NCBI GenBank assembly: GCA_965200615.1
Contig: OZ241377.1
Coordinates: 379,754 to 443,753 of the forward strand
From: Caldilineaceae bacterium
GTDB taxonomy: Bacteria; Chloroflexota; Anaerolineae; Caldilineales; Caldilineaceae
Direction of reading: 5' to 3'
DNA: 64,000 nucleotides
The notes beneath the pieces were generated by a model. The model worked only from the letters and a program-made list of their open reading frames with translations. It searched no databases and was not told the origin of the DNA. Positions 20,732 through 31,559 of this stretch are shown piece after piece. A program made the position numbers and the translations under genes. Position 1 is the stretch's first letter. Every line of letters starts with the position of its first letter.

Positions 20732-22279
20732 ATGGAACTACGGGTAGAGCAGGGGAATATCGCTGAGATCGATGTCGATCTGATCGTCATCAACCTGTTC
20801 GCGGGCGTCACCGCGCCCGGCGGCGCGACCGGGGCGATCGACCGCGCGCTCAACGGCGCGATCAGCCGGCTGATCGCGCAGGGGGATTTCAGCGGCGAGA
20901 CCGAGACGACCGCGCTGCTGTACGCACGCGCGAATGGCGGCGCGGCCGGGGATGAAGAGGCTGACGAGGGCGGGCTGAGCGCGCCGCGGGTGCTGATCGT
21001 CGGTTTGGGCGGCAGCGAGCGGTTTGGGCTCGGCCAGATCAGGCGGGTGGCGGCGGTGGCGGCTCAGGCTGCGGCCAAGCTGAAGGGCGTCCGGACGATG
21101 GCGACGATCGTTCACGGCGCCGGTATTGCCGGCCATAATGCGGACGCGGCAGCGCAGGAAGTGGCGCTGGGAACGCTGCTGGCCAGCTACCAACCCAGAC
21201 GGTATGGACGTAAGGAAGAGGACGCGGGATTGACGAGTTGTACGGTGGTGGAGTACAGCGCGGCCAAGCTGGAGGACGTTGAACGCGGGGTAGCCCGGGG
21301 GGAGGCGATCGGCCGCGCGGTGTGCAGCGCCCGAGACCTCGTCAACGAACCGGCCAACCTTCTGACGCCGGTGGAGATGGCGGCCCGCGCCCGGGCGATG
21401 GCGGCCGACGTCGGCCTGAAGTGCACGGTGCTGGACGAGGCTGCGATGGAGGAAGAGGGTATGGGGATTCTGCTGGCGGTGAGCCAGGGCAGCGCGAATC
21501 CGGCCCGGTTTGTCATATTGGAACATGCGCCGGAGGGAGATACGGAGGCGCCGCTGATATTTGTTGGCAAGGGCATCACATTTGACACGGGCGGTATCAG
21601 CCTCAAGCGCACCGGCGGCATGTGGGCGATGAAGGACGACATGGGGGGCGCGGGGGCGGTGATCGGCGCGATGGAGGCGATAGGCCGGCTTGGCGTCCCG
21701 CGGCGGGTGATCGGGATCGCGCCGTGTGTGGAGAATATGCCGGATGGCGAAGCGTTCCGACCGGGCGATATAGTAACGGGCATGACGGGCAAGACAGCGG
21801 AGATTATCAGCACGGACGCGGAAGGGCGGCTGATTTTGGCGGACGCGCTGGCGTACGTCGCCCGTTTCGATCCGGTCGCCGTTGTGGACCTGGCGACGCT
21901 GACAGGCGCGATCGGCACGGCGCTTGGAATGCATATTCGCGCCGGACTCTTCAGCAACGACAGCTCTCTGGAGGAGAAGCTGATAGCCGCGGCCGACCAC
22001 TGCGGGGAGGGATTATGGCCCTTCCCGATGGATGCGGAGTACGAGAAGCCGATCAAGAGCGACATGGCCGAGGTCAAGAACAGCGCCGGGCGGGCCGGCG
22101 TAAGCAGCAGCGCGAAGTTTATTGAGCACTTTACTGAAGGCTACCCCTGGGCCCATCTGGACATTGCCAATATGGTGCTGGCCGACAGCCGGATCAATGC
22201 GGAGACGCCCAAGGGCGCGACGGGATACGGCGTCCGGCTGCTGGTCGATCTGGCGGAACGGTACGCGGCCGCCTCTTGA
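20732..22279 (+). CDS. pepA: leucyl aminopeptidase (M17)
   Basis: Motifs VGKGITFDTGGISLK, MKDDMGGAGAV, NTDAEGRLILADAL, GATGYGVRLL. Confidence 0.9.
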   Translation: MELRVEQGNIAEIDVDLIVINLFAGVTAPGGATGAIDRALNGAISRLIAQGDFSGETETTALLYARANGGAAGDEEADEGGLSAPRVLIVGLGGSERFGLGQIRRVAAVAAQAAAKLKGVRTMATIVHGAGIAGHNADAAAQEVALGTLLASYQPRRYGRKEEDAGLTSCTVVEYSAAKLEDVERGVARGEAIGRAVCSARDLVNEPANLLTPVEMAARARAMAADVGLKCTVLDEAAMEEEGMGILLAVSQGSANPARFVILEHAPEGDTEAPLIFVGKGITFDTGGISLKRTGGMWAMKDDMGGAGAVIGAMEAIGRLGVPRRVIGIAPCVENMPDGEAFRPGDIVTGMTGKTAEIISTDAEGRLILADALAYVARFDPVAVVDLATLTGAIGTALGMHIRAGLFSNDSSLEEKLIAAADHCGEGLWPFPMDAEYEKPIKSDMAEVKNSAGRAGVSSSAKFIEHFTEGYPWAHLDIANMVLADSRINAETPKGATGYGVRLLVDLAERYAAAS

Positions 22280-22363
22280 GCTGCCGTTGCGGGCAGCCGG
22301 GAGGGCAAGCGCCAGGAACCGGAAGCCGGGACTGAGGATTGTAGAACTGCAGGAGAGACAGGT

Positions 22364-23107
22364 ATGCGGATGAAAATGGTGCGACGGTTGGGTTGGGGTG
22401 TTTTCGGCGGTCTGTTTCTGGCGGGGGCGCTGCCGAAGTTAACGCTGGCGGCGGGGACGGAGCAGACGATCGGGACGGAGATTACGACAGTGATGCCGGC
22501 GATGGTTCCGCTGCTGGGGGCGGCCGCGGGGATTGAGCGCTTGATGGAGTTGGGCTGGCACTACCTGGAGTGGGGCGCGCTGCGCTTTTTGGGCTGGCGG
22601 CCAAGCGATCTCAAGTCACCCGGCTATATCGCGTTCAAACGCAGCACCAGCCTGCTGGCGGGCATTTTCCTCGGCGTCGTGGTCTCCAACTACAGCGGCA
22701 TGCGTCTGATGGCCTATCTGGGCCAGTCGCTGCCCGGTTTTCTGGACCAGGTGCCGGACCTGTGGGACATTCTGGTTACAGGGCTGATGATCGGGGCGGG
22801 CACGAAGCCGACACACGACCTGCTGGGGATCATCACGCAGGTGAAGAATTTGATCGGCAGCACGGCTTTGAAGCAGAGGGAGGAGGCCGGCGCGGCCCTG
22901 GCTGACAGTATTCTGAAGCTGCGGCAGGCCGATGCCCCCGCGTCCTATCGTGTGGATGTACCGGGCGTGGGCGCGACGCAGGTTCCTGCTGCGCCGGCGC
23001 AGGCTGCGCGTAACCGGATGCTGGATGAGAGCGGCGGCAGACGCCGCGAGCGGAACATTGACCGCTATGCGAACGCGCTGCATGACAATCTGTATAGCGG
23101 AAATTGA
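22364..23107 (+). CDS. hypothetical membrane/secreted protein
   Basis: Signal-like N-terminus (WGVFGGLFLAGALPKLTLAAG) and several hydrophobic segments. No family recognised. Confidence 0.5.
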   Translation: MRMKMVRRLGWGVFGGLFLAGALPKLTLAAGTEQTIGTEITTVMPAMVPLLGAAAGIERLMELGWHYLEWGALRFLGWRPSDLKSPGYIAFKRSTSLLAGIFLGVVVSNYSGMRLMAYLGQSLPGFLDQVPDLWDILVTGLMIGAGTKPTHDLLGIITQVKNLIGSTALKQREEAGAALADSILKLRQADAPASYRVDVPGVGATQVPAAPAQAARNRMLDESGGRRRERNIDRYANALHDNLYSGN

Positions 23108-23140
23108 GGAGTGAATGAACGGTCGGGCCTCACTAGTATT

Positions 23141-23209
23141 GTGAACCGCCGACCACCCATTGCCCTTCAGAAGCGACACCCAGTCAGGCGACAGGTTCAT
23201 ATCGACCAC
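23141..23209 (-). pseudogene. truncated DUF5615-like (PIN-like toxin partner of DUF433) remnant
   Basis: Directly downstream of the DUF433 gene, the minus strand reads (V)VDMNLSPDWVSLLKGNGWSAVH. This resembles the first ~25 aa of DUF5615 proteins (..DENLSP.L...L...G..AVH). Similarity then ends, and the frame runs antisense into the convergent gene 22364-23107. Confidence 0.3.
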
Positions 23210-23219
23210 GTGTTTACGG

Positions 23220-23468
23220 TCATGGGTGGGAAAGCGGAACCTCCCGCTCTTCCAGCCTCCATGCCGCATAGGCTAACGATTGGTCGATATCTTCTCGTTC
23301 AAGGTACGGGTAGGCTGCCATGATCTCATCGGCTGATCGTCCGGCTGCCCAAAGGCCTACGACGGTTCCAACCGTCACCCGCAGTCCCCGGATACATGCT
23401 TTGCCGCCCATCACAGTAGGGTCGAAAGTGACTCTCGGGAATGCTTCCATACTCCACCTTTGCGTCAT
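23220..23468 (-). CDS. DUF433-domain protein (antitoxin-like)
   Basis: 82 aa: FPRVTFDPTVMGGKACIRGLRVTVGTVVGLWAAGRSADEIMAAYPYLEREDIDQSLAYAAW. Only the C-terminal part of track ORF 23220-24182 is credible. Confidence 0.7.
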   Translation of the reverse strand: MTQRWSMEAFPRVTFDPTVMGGKACIRGLRVTVGTVVGLWAAGRSADEIMAAYPYLEREDIDQSLAYAAWRLEEREVPLSHP

Positions 23469-23511
23469 GTCTTTCACTTCCCGCCATCTCAGGACGGTAT
23501 CAGGCAATACC

Positions 23512-25710
23512 CTACGCCGGCTCCACAAACACGCGCACGTCGTAGAAGCTGGCTGAGGCGCCCATGTCGGTCTCGTCCTGCGGGGTGAGTTGGTTGACGT
23601 TGCGGCCGTCGGCGCTGTGTTTGCTCCACCAGATGCCGGGGGCGAGCACTGTGCCGGCCATGATCTCTTCGGTGACGCGGGCGGTGAGCGCGACCTCGCC
23701 CAGCTCGTTCCAGACGCGCAGCCAGGCGCCCTCCTCGATGCGGCGGGCGGAGGCGTCGTGCGGATGAATCCAGAGCAGGGGCTCCCGCTCGCGGCCGCGG
23801 AAACGCTCCAGATGTGAGAAGGAGGAGTTGAGAAAGGAGTGCGCCGGCGGTGAAATACAGGCCAGCGACTGCGAGTCCTGATTCGCCAGGGCGCTGCCGT
23901 TCTCTCTCTTCTCACTTCTCGCCCCTCTCGCCTCGCTCTTCGGCGGCGTATAGGTGGGCAGCGGGTCGTAGCCGTCCTGGGCCATGCGTCCGCTGTAGAA
24001 TTCGCATTTGCCGCTGGGTGTGGGAAAGTTGCCCTCGGCGAAGGGCAGATAGGGCTGGGGCAGGTTGAGGCGGACAAACCCCTTCTCCAGCAAGGCCTCC
24101 CAAGTGACCGTTTCGTAGAGGGGATGATGCTGCGCCTCGATGAAGTTGCGCAGGACGGTCTCGTCGTCCTCGTAGAAGCCACTGTCGGTGTAGCCCATGG
24201 CCTGGGCGAGCCCGCGGAAGATGGCGCTGTTGGGCCGCGCCTCGCCGATCGGCGGGATCGCGGGCCGGTTCAACGCCACGAAATGATGCCCGTACATGCG
24301 TTGCAGATCCCAGTGCTCGGCCTGCGTGGTGGCGGGCAGAAGATAGTCGGCGTAGTCGGCGGTGTCGGTCTGGAACTGCTCCAGCACGACGGTGAAGAGA
24401 TCTTCGCGCGCCAGCCCGGCCTGGACCGATGACTGGTCGGGCGCGACGGCGGCGGGGTTGCTGTTGTAGACGATCAAAGCCTTCACGGGCGGGCCGGCTT
24501 CGTCGGGAGCGGGCTTGCGGTCGACGGGCCGGGGCGCGTAGTGGGCCGCGGCGAGGCGGGTCCGGTCGAGACTGAGCGCGTCGCCCAGGCGGTTCATGTT
24601 GATGGTGCGCGGGATGCGTCCGGCCAGGAGGTCGGGCCGCTCCAGGCCGCTCTTTTCGAGGTGGCGCAACTGCCCGCTGACGCTGAGCTGGATGCCGCCG
24701 CCCTGTTCCCGCCATGCCCCGATCAGCGCGGGCAGACAGGTGATGTTACGCATCGCCATGCCGCCGCCGTAGTGGCGCTGCAGGCCGTAGTTGACCCGGA
24801 TGGCCGCGGGTCGCGTCGCGGCATAATCCCGCGCCAGCTCACGAATTCGTGCGGCCGGGATGCCGGTGATCCGGGCCGCACGCTGCGGCGGCCATTCCTG
24901 CAGGCGTTCGGTCAACTGTTCGAAACCGACCGTATGGGCCGTCACATACGCCTTGTCGTGCAGGTCGGCGCTGACGATCTCGTGCATCATGCCCAACGCG
25001 AGGGCGCCGTCGGTCCCGGGTCGGATGGGCAGCCACTCGTCGGCGGCCTTGGCGGTGCGCGTGCGGGCCGGATCGATGACGATGACGCGCGCGCCCTGTT
25101 TACGCGCGTCCTGGATGAACGGCCAGAGGTGCAGGTTGCTCGTAAGGGTGTTGCTCCCCCAGATCAGGATCAGGCGGGCGTTGGCGAAGTCCTCCGGCTC
25201 GATCCCGATGGTTGAGCCGATCGTATAAAGGTAGCCTTCAAACCCGGCCTCGGAGCAAATCGTGTATGCCAGGCGGCTGGCCCCCATCTGCTGGAAAAAA
25301 CGGTTGGAGATGCCGTGTTGCTGCAGCCAGCCCATAGTGCCGGCGTAGGCGTAGGGCAGAATCGCCTCCGGCCCCCATTCGTTGATGACGCCTTGCAGAC
25401 GCGCCGCGATCTCCGCCAGCGCCTCGCGCCAGGAGACCGGCTCGAAGCGGCCGCTGCCCTTCGGGCCCACGCGTCGGAGCGGGTGGGGCAGCCTGTCGGC
25501 ATGATAGACCCGCTCGAGATAGCGGTCGACCTTTCCGCACAACGCGCCCTGTGTTACCGGATGATCGGGGTGGCCCCAGATATCCAGCGCCCGCTCGCTT
25601 TTGTGATCCACGGCAATCTGCCAGCTGCATGTATCCGGGCAGTCGTGCGGGCAGGCGCCGGTTACGATGCGGGCGGACGGACTTTTTTCATAGAGGGCGA
25701 GTTTCGACAT
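23512..25710 (-). CDS. molybdopterin-dependent oxidoreductase (DMSO-reductase superfamily)
   Basis: N-terminal 4Fe-4S motif [11 protein letters not shown]...C, then MopB-like and C-terminal molybdopterin-binding regions. 732 aa. Confidence 0.85.
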   Translation of the reverse strand: MSKLALYEKSPSARIVTGACPHDCPDTCSWQIAVDHKSERALDIWGHPDHPVTQGALCGKVDRYLERVYHADRLPHPLRRVGPKGSGRFEPVSWREALAEIAARLQGVINEWGPEAILPYAYAGTMGWLQQHGISNRFFQQMGASRLAYTICSEAGFEGYLYTIGSTIGIEPEDFANARLILIWGSNTLTSNLHLWPFIQDARKQGARVIVIDPARTRTAKAADEWLPIRPGTDGALALGMMHEIVSADLHDKAYVTAHTVGFEQLTERLQEWPPQRAARITGIPAARIRELARDYAATRPAAIRVNYGLQRHYGGGMAMRNITCLPALIGAWREQGGGIQLSVSGQLRHLEKSGLERPDLLAGRIPRTINMNRLGDALSLDRTRLAAAHYAPRPVDRKPAPDEAGPPVKALIVYNSNPAAVAPDQSSVQAGLAREDLFTVVLEQFQTDTADYADYLLPATTQAEHWDLQRMYGHHFVALNRPAIPPIGEARPNSAIFRGLAQAMGYTDSGFYEDDETVLRNFIEAQHHPLYETVTWEALLEKGFVRLNLPQPYLPFAEGNFPTPSGKCEFYSGRMAQDGYDPLPTYTPPKSEARGARSEKRENGSALANQDSQSLACISPPAHSFLNSSFSHLERFRGREREPLLWIHPHDASARRIEEGAWLRVWNELGEVALTARVTEEIMAGTVLAPGIWWSKHSADGRNVNQLTPQDETDMGASASFYDVRVFVEPA

Positions 25711-26081
25711 GGTAGCGGCTCATGAACGTTGGTCAGCAGGGGGAAGCTCGGCGCGCCCGGCGTCAAACTGCTGCTGCTGGGGCATCAGTGTAGCAGTGAA
25801 TTCGTGCAGGGCGAAATTGGCCTGTGACGGCCCGGATGGATATGATAGGCGGGTTGTGTTGCGTACAGCGGGCGCGGTGCAGGGAATGCGGGCTACGGGA
25901 GAATGGAGGATGCCATCTCCGGCGATCATGCAATCTGCACAAACAAATATGGACAATCATTATTCGGATTGTCCATGAGTGGGCCGTCAGTGGCAGGGTA
26001 TACTACTGTAGTGATCGCTCCATCGTCTTATTTTGCAGGTCGAAAGGACCCCACGCCATTTCTGAAAGGATTAAGTGAGGA

Positions 26082-27497
26082 ATGAAACTCAACGTAAGTT
26101 CAATTGCCGATCTGAACAGTGCCATTCAGGACAATAACATTCTGATGGTGGATGTCAAATTCACTGATCTGTTCGGCCAGTGGCATCACTTCACAATGCC
26201 GGTCGAAGAGTTCGATGCGGATGAGGCGGTCAATGAAGGGCTGGGCTTTGACGGCTCGTCGATTCGCGGCTTCCAGAGCATCGAGAACAGCGACATGGTG
26301 CTGCGGTTGGATCCCTCGACCGCGATCATCGACCCGATCTGCGCCATGCCGACGCTGAGCGCGATCTGTAACGTCCATGACCCGCTTACGGGCGAAGCCT
26401 ACAGCCGCGACCCCCGCAACGTCGCCGGCAAAGCGGTCAGCTACATCGAATCCGATGGCATCGCCGACACAATCTATGTCGGGCCGGAAGCCGAGTTTTT
26501 CATCTTTGACGGTGTTTCCTATGAGGCGGGCCGCCACACGGCCGGCTACTACGTGGACAGTGTGGAAGCGCCATGGAATTCCGGTGAGTTGGGAGGAGGC
26601 CATTCGGTCGGCCTCAAGAGGGGTTACTTCCCGGTTTCTCCCTATGATACGCAGCAGGACGTCCGCTCCGAGATGACGCGTACGATGATCGATGCGGGTC
26701 TTGATATCGAAGTGCATCACCACGAGGTGGGCACGGCCGGCCAGGCTGAGATCGATATGAAGTTCAAGCCGCTCCTGCAGATGGCCGATCAGGTGCAGCT
26801 GTACAAATACATCATCAAGAACGTCGCCAAGGCGAACGACAAGACGGTCACGTTCATGCCGAAGCCGCTGTTTGAGGATAACGGTTCCGGAATGCACACG
26901 CACCTGAGCTTTTGGAAAGACGGCACGCCGCTCTTCGCCGGTGACCAGTACGCCGGCCTCAGCGACATGGCCCTGTACTTTACCGGCGGCCTGCTGAAGC
27001 ACATCAACTCGCTGCTGGCCTTCTGCGCCCCTCTGACCAACAGCTACCGCCGCCTGGTTCCCGGCTATGAGGCCCCGGTGGTCGTGGCCTACTCCGCCCG
27101 CAACCGTTCCGCCGCCTGCCGCATCCCGATGTACAGCCAGTCACCGAATAGCAAGCGCATCGAGTTCCGCTGCCCCGACCCCGGCGCGAACCCATACCTG
27201 GCCTTCGCCGCCATGGTGATGGCCGGGATGGACGGCATCAAGAACCAGATCGACCCGGGCGACCCGGCTGAGGTGGACCTGTATGAAGAGGATATCCTGA
27301 AAGAGGTGGAGATGGTGAAGGGCAGCCTCGGCGAGGTTCTGGACGCGCTCGAGGAAGACAACGACTACCTGCTCGAAGGCGGCGTCTTCACGCCGGACCT
27401 GCTGGAGGCATACATCGAGTACAAGCGGCTGGAAGAGGTGGATGCTGTCCGCCTGCGCCCGCATCCGCAGGAATTCGTGATGTACTACGGGATTTAG
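26082..27497 (+). CDS. glnA: glutamine synthetase type I (copy 1)
   Basis: Motifs [85 protein letters not shown]. Confidence 0.9.
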   Translation: MKLNVSSIADLNSAIQDNNILMVDVKFTDLFGQWHHFTMPVEEFDADEAVNEGLGFDGSSIRGFQSIENSDMVLRLDPSTAIIDPICAMPTLSAICNVHDPLTGEAYSRDPRNVAGKAVSYIESDGIADTIYVGPEAEFFIFDGVSYEAGRHTAGYYVDSVEAPWNSGELGGGHSVGLKRGYFPVSPYDTQQDVRSEMTRTMIDAGLDIEVHHHEVGTAGQAEIDMKFKPLLQMADQVQLYKYIIKNVAKANDKTVTFMPKPLFEDNGSGMHTHLSFWKDGTPLFAGDQYAGLSDMALYFTGGLLKHINSLLAFCAPLTNSYRRLVPGYEAPVVVAYSARNRSAACRIPMYSQSPNSKRIEFRCPDPGANPYLAFAAMVMAGMDGIKNQIDPGDPAEVDLYEEDILKEVEMVKGSLGEVLDALEEDNDYLLEGGVFTPDLLEAYIEYKRLEEVDAVRLRPHPQEFVMYYGI

Positions 27498-27521
27498 AGT
27501 TGACCCTATAGCTTTTAACAA

Positions 27522-27565
27522 CAAGGGGGCGGCGCGTTGTATTGTGTCTGCCCCCTTGTTCTTTT
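27522..27565 (+). terminator. rho-independent terminator after glnA copy 1
   Basis: 9-bp stem CAAGGGGGC (27522-27530) / GCCCCCTTG (27550-27558) followed by TTCTTTT. Confidence 0.7.
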
Positions 27566-27674
27566 ACACTGACGACTGTACAGTTTTCAGTAATTCAGGC
27601 TCTGGTTTTTCATGTTCGTTCACTTTATCGATTAGAGCTGACCACTGAAAACGATCTGAAAGGGGAAGGCAGAA

Positions 27675-29036
27675 ATGCTCTTGGATGCATTTGCAGACGA
27701 AAAACTGATGGAGACGCTGGAAAAGATCGACGATACGATCAAGAGACACAACGTGCGCTTTGTGCGTCTTCAGTTCAGCGATATCGTGGGCATTGTCAAG
27801 CAGGTTACGATCCCGATTGAACTTTGGGATCGCGCAGTTGAAAACGGTGTTTGGTTCGACGGCAGTTCGATTGAGGGATTCGCACGCGTCGCTGAGAGCG
27901 ATATGTATCTGGTGCCGGACCTGGATACATTCATGCCGATCCCCTGGGAGATGGAGCTGTCCACCGCCCGCGTTGTCTGTGATGTCTTCACCCCGAACGG
28001 AGATCCCTTTGCCGGCGATCCCCGTTATATTTTGCGCCGGCAGTTGAAGCGGGCCCAGGAGTTGGGATTTGATTTTCTCGTCGGTCCGGAGCTGGAGTTT
28101 TTCCTCTTCCGGCGCCACCCGGATAACAGTCTCTACCCTCTGACCCCACACGACGAAGCGGGTTATTTCGACGTAAGCTCCGATTCGGCGCATGGTGTGC
28201 GCCGCCAGATGGTCGATGCGCTTAATGCCCTGGGCATCAAAGTCGAGGCATCCCATCACGAGGTTGCGAGCGGGCAGAATGAGATCGACTTCCAGTACGG
28301 TCCTGCCCTGGCGGCGGCGGATAATACGATCACTTTGCGGACAACGCTCAAGGCGATCGCGCAGAAGAATGGACTTCACTGTACCTTTATGCCCAAGCCG
28401 ATCACCGGGGTAAACGGTTCCGGCATGCACGTTCATCAGAGCCTGTGGCGTTTTGGCGAGGACGAAACCTGCATGTACGACCCCGACGATGAGTATGGTC
28501 TGAGCAAGACGGCGCTGCACTTTATCGCGGGCCAGCTCGCGCACGCGGCAGCGATCACTCCGATCATCGCGCCGCTGGTGAACAGCTACAAGCGGCTGGT
28601 GCCCGGCTATGAGGCGCCGGTCTATGTCTCCTGGGGCCGCACAAACCGCAGCGCGCTGATCCGCATCCCCCGCATCAATCCCAACCGGACGCAGAGTACG
28701 CGCTGCGAACTACGCTGCCCCGACCCGAGCGCGAATCCCTACCTCGCCTTCGCGGTCATGCTGGCCGCGGGCCTCGACGGCGTCGAGCGCAAGCTGGACC
28801 CGCCGATGCCGGCCGAGGAGGACCTGTACCAGATGAACGGTGACCGCACCGGCCTGGAGACGTTGCCGGGCAATCTGGGCGAGGCGCTGGAGGCGTTGCG
28901 CCAGGACGAAGTGGTGCAGGACGCCCTGGGCCAGCACGTTTTCGAACGCTATGTCGAGGCGAAAACCCTGGAGTGGGACAGCTATCGCAATTTTGTAACG
29001 CAGTGGGAGCTGGACCGCTATCTGGGCGTGTATTAG
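27675..29036 (+). CDS. glnA: glutamine synthetase type I (copy 2, divergent paralog)
   Basis: Motifs [84 protein letters not shown]. Confidence 0.9.
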   Translation: MLLDAFADEKLMETLEKIDDTIKRHNVRFVRLQFSDIVGIVKQVTIPIELWDRAVENGVWFDGSSIEGFARVAESDMYLVPDLDTFMPIPWEMELSTARVVCDVFTPNGDPFAGDPRYILRRQLKRAQELGFDFLVGPELEFFLFRRHPDNSLYPLTPHDEAGYFDVSSDSAHGVRRQMVDALNALGIKVEASHHEVASGQNEIDFQYGPALAAADNTITLRTTLKAIAQKNGLHCTFMPKPITGVNGSGMHVHQSLWRFGEDETCMYDPDDEYGLSKTALHFIAGQLAHAAAITPIIAPLVNSYKRLVPGYEAPVYVSWGRTNRSALIRIPRINPNRTQSTRCELRCPDPSANPYLAFAVMLAAGLDGVERKLDPPMPAEEDLYQMNGDRTGLETLPGNLGEALEALRQDEVVQDALGQHVFERYVEAKTLEWDSYRNFVTQWELDRYLGVY

Positions 29037-29526
29037 CGACCGGTCGTACACCTCTTTTACGGCTTTGGCCGCAGCCAGCCACATCCCCGCCCTCCTGGCA
29101 ACGGGCAAGTAAGAGAACAGGGCGCTGACGGCGACACTCGCGGATCGAACCACGCGTTCCTGCGCAAGCGGTCGCAGCCGGGCGCGTGCACGGCGCCTTC
29201 TGCCCGTGTCAACCCTGTTCTTGAAACTCCCTATCGGCGAAGAAAGTAGACAAACAGGCCATTCAAAGGTAGAATGAAAGGGAATAACTGAATCCAAGGA
29301 GCGAGCCTGGCCACTGGCCCTGAGGTTTGTGAAATTGGCCGCGGCCGGAGGATGATTGGGATCCCCCTTTATTCATCCTCTGCTTGCCTTGCGCGCATAT
29401 GTTGAACTTTTTTACATAGGAGATTCTTTTCGCGCTGGGAGCTGCTGCTGCCCGGCGTTTTTGCATTAGACAAAACTTCCCGCATGCAGGCGCTTCGTCT
29501 GTATTGCTTTACAAAGGAGAGATCGA

Positions 29527-31245
29527 ATGGACCAAACGAAAATAGCCCTTGTTGAAACGGATCGTCCGCCAGAGGAGGACGCCGACACGGCGCAACTGCG
29601 GGTGATCCCACTCGGAGGCCTCGGTGGGATCGGAAAAAACATGATGGTTCTGGAGTCCGGCGAAAACATTCTCATCATTGACGCCGGCCTGATGTTCCCA
29701 GACAGCGATATGCACGGCGTGGATGTCGTGATCCCGGAGACCGAGTATCTGCTGGACCGGCTGGACTGGATTCGCGGCATCGTCCTGACGCACGGACACG
29801 AGGACCATATCGGCGCGCTGCCCTATCTGATCGACCAGGGGTTGGACGCGCCCGTCTACGCCACCGCGCTGACAAAGGGCCTGCTTCAGGGCAAGTTGTC
29901 GGAACATGGTTTGCTGGCCCAGACGGAACTGCATACGGTGACGGAAGATGATGTCATCCCCCTGGAGCCGTTTACAGTAGAGTTTTTCCATACCTGCCAC
30001 AGCTTCCCGGACAGCGTGGGGGTCAGTGTTTCCACGCCGGCCGGGCGGGTGGTCCTCACGAGCGACTACAAGTTTGATGATACGCCGGTGGATGGCAAGT
30101 TGACCGAGGTTGACAAACTGGAACGCTGGGGCGATGAGGGTGTGCTGCTGCTGCTGGGGGACAGCACGAACATCGAGACGGAAGGCAGCACGCCTAGCGA
30201 AACCAAGGTCGAGGAGACGCTTGACAGCATCTTTTCGCAGGTGAATGGACGGGTGATTCTGGCAACCTTTGCCAGCAACATCAGTCGCGTGCAGCAGATC
30301 ATCACAATTTCCCGCAAGCATGGGCGGCGGGTCGGGATGATCGGGCGCTCGATGATCAACAACGTAAAGATCGCTATCGGACTGGGCTACCTCGATATCC
30401 GGCAGGACGAGCTTTTGACCGCCAAAGAGATGGAAGAGCTGCCCTCCCACCAGGTGACGATCATCGCCACCGGCAGCCAGGGAGAACCGACCAGCGCAAT
30501 GGTGCGCATGAGCATTGGGGACCAGCGTCAGATCAGCCTGCGCAAGGGAGACACGGTCGTGCTGAGCGCGACACCGATCCCCGGCAACGAGGAGTTATTC
30601 AACCGCACTGTGGACAATCTGTACCGCCGCGGGGCCCGGGTCTTCTATCATGAACTGTCCGACGATGTACATGTGAGCGGACATGGCGGCAAGGAGGACT
30701 ACCGCCGCATGCTGGAGCTGGCGCGGCCGCGCTATTTCATCCCTGTGCATGGGGCTTACCGGCATCTTGTCCTGCATGGCGAGCTGGCTGAGGAGGTGGG
30801 CATTGCGCCTGAGAACGTTTACGTCGTCGAAGACGGGCAGGTGGTCGAGTTCGGCCATTTCGAGGATGCGACCGGGGCACGGTTGGGCGAGCATGTCAGC
30901 GCCAACCACGTCTTTGTCGACGGGTTGGGCGTGGGCGACATTGGCAGCGTCGTCCTGCGCGACCGGCGCCATTTGGGGAGCGACGGCTTCCTCGTCTGTA
31001 TCGTCGCTCTGGACGAATTCGATGGCTCGATCCTTTACGGTCCGGAGATCATCAGCCGGGGTTTTGTCTATATACGGGACAACGAGGGGTTGATTCTGCG
31101 GGCAGAGGAGATCGTGCGGAACGAGGTCAAAGGCAAGGCGGCGCCCCCGGCACTCTCCCGCCGCGTTCGCAACGCTTTGGCCAGCTTCTGCAGCAATGAG
31201 ATGGGACGGCGGCCGATGATCCTGCCAGTGGTGATTCAGGTATAG
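29527..31245 (+). CDS. rnj: ribonuclease J
   Basis: AAGGAG SD. Metallo-beta-lactamase/beta-CASP motifs: IPLGGLGGIGKNMMV, LTHGHEDHIGALPYL, GDSTN, VSGHG. Confidence 0.9.
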   Translation: MDQTKIALVETDRPPEEDADTAQLRVIPLGGLGGIGKNMMVLESGENILIIDAGLMFPDSDMHGVDVVIPETEYLLDRLDWIRGIVLTHGHEDHIGALPYLIDQGLDAPVYATALTKGLLQGKLSEHGLLAQTELHTVTEDDVIPLEPFTVEFFHTCHSFPDSVGVSVSTPAGRVVLTSDYKFDDTPVDGKLTEVDKLERWGDEGVLLLLGDSTNIETEGSTPSETKVEETLDSIFSQVNGRVILATFASNISRVQQIITISRKHGRRVGMIGRSMINNVKIAIGLGYLDIRQDELLTAKEMEELPSHQVTIIATGSQGEPTSAMVRMSIGDQRQISLRKGDTVVLSATPIPGNEELFNRTVDNLYRRGARVFYHELSDDVHVSGHGGKEDYRRMLELARPRYFIPVHGAYRHLVLHGELAEEVGIAPENVYVVEDGQVVEFGHFEDATGARLGEHVSANHVFVDGLGVGDIGSVVLRDRRHLGSDGFLVCIVALDEFDGSILYGPEIISRGFVYIRDNEGLILRAEEIVRNEVKGKAAPPALSRRVRNALASFCSNEMGRRPMILPVVIQV

Positions 31246-31559
31246 GCGGCGTTCCGCGGCCGGCCCTTTTGGAAACGAAGGCGCGGTCGCGCCGAATCCC
31301 GCCCCGCTTCGGAAAGGGCGGGTCGGGCGGACATTCCGCTGCGATAGGAAGACGCCCAACGTTCGGTTGCAAAGCGCGGGCAAAACGTTGGGTTTCAGAG
31401 CGCTGAAACATTAAAAACTGATTGGTGAAATCCGAGTTCATTGGTATAATGCGTCGGGAACGTTTGTTCTTTTCTGGCGTATCATTTAATGAACTATTGG
31501 ACTCTCAGTGGCCGGTGCGATTGCCCGCCGCGAGCCACGACCTACTTCCCGCTGCTGAT

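Noticed and set aside
23220-24182. 320-aa ORF listed for the DUF433 gene
   Set aside because: Only the last 82 codons (from ATG 23468) resemble DUF433. The upstream part is Arg/Pro-rich and antisense to the molybdopterin oxidoreductase gene.
25711-26081. Possible glutamine riboswitch or nitrogen-regulator box upstream of glnA copy 1
   Set aside because: I could not identify the conserved glnA-RNA core or a TGTNA-N7-TNACA-type box by eye. This is left unassigned rather than claimed.
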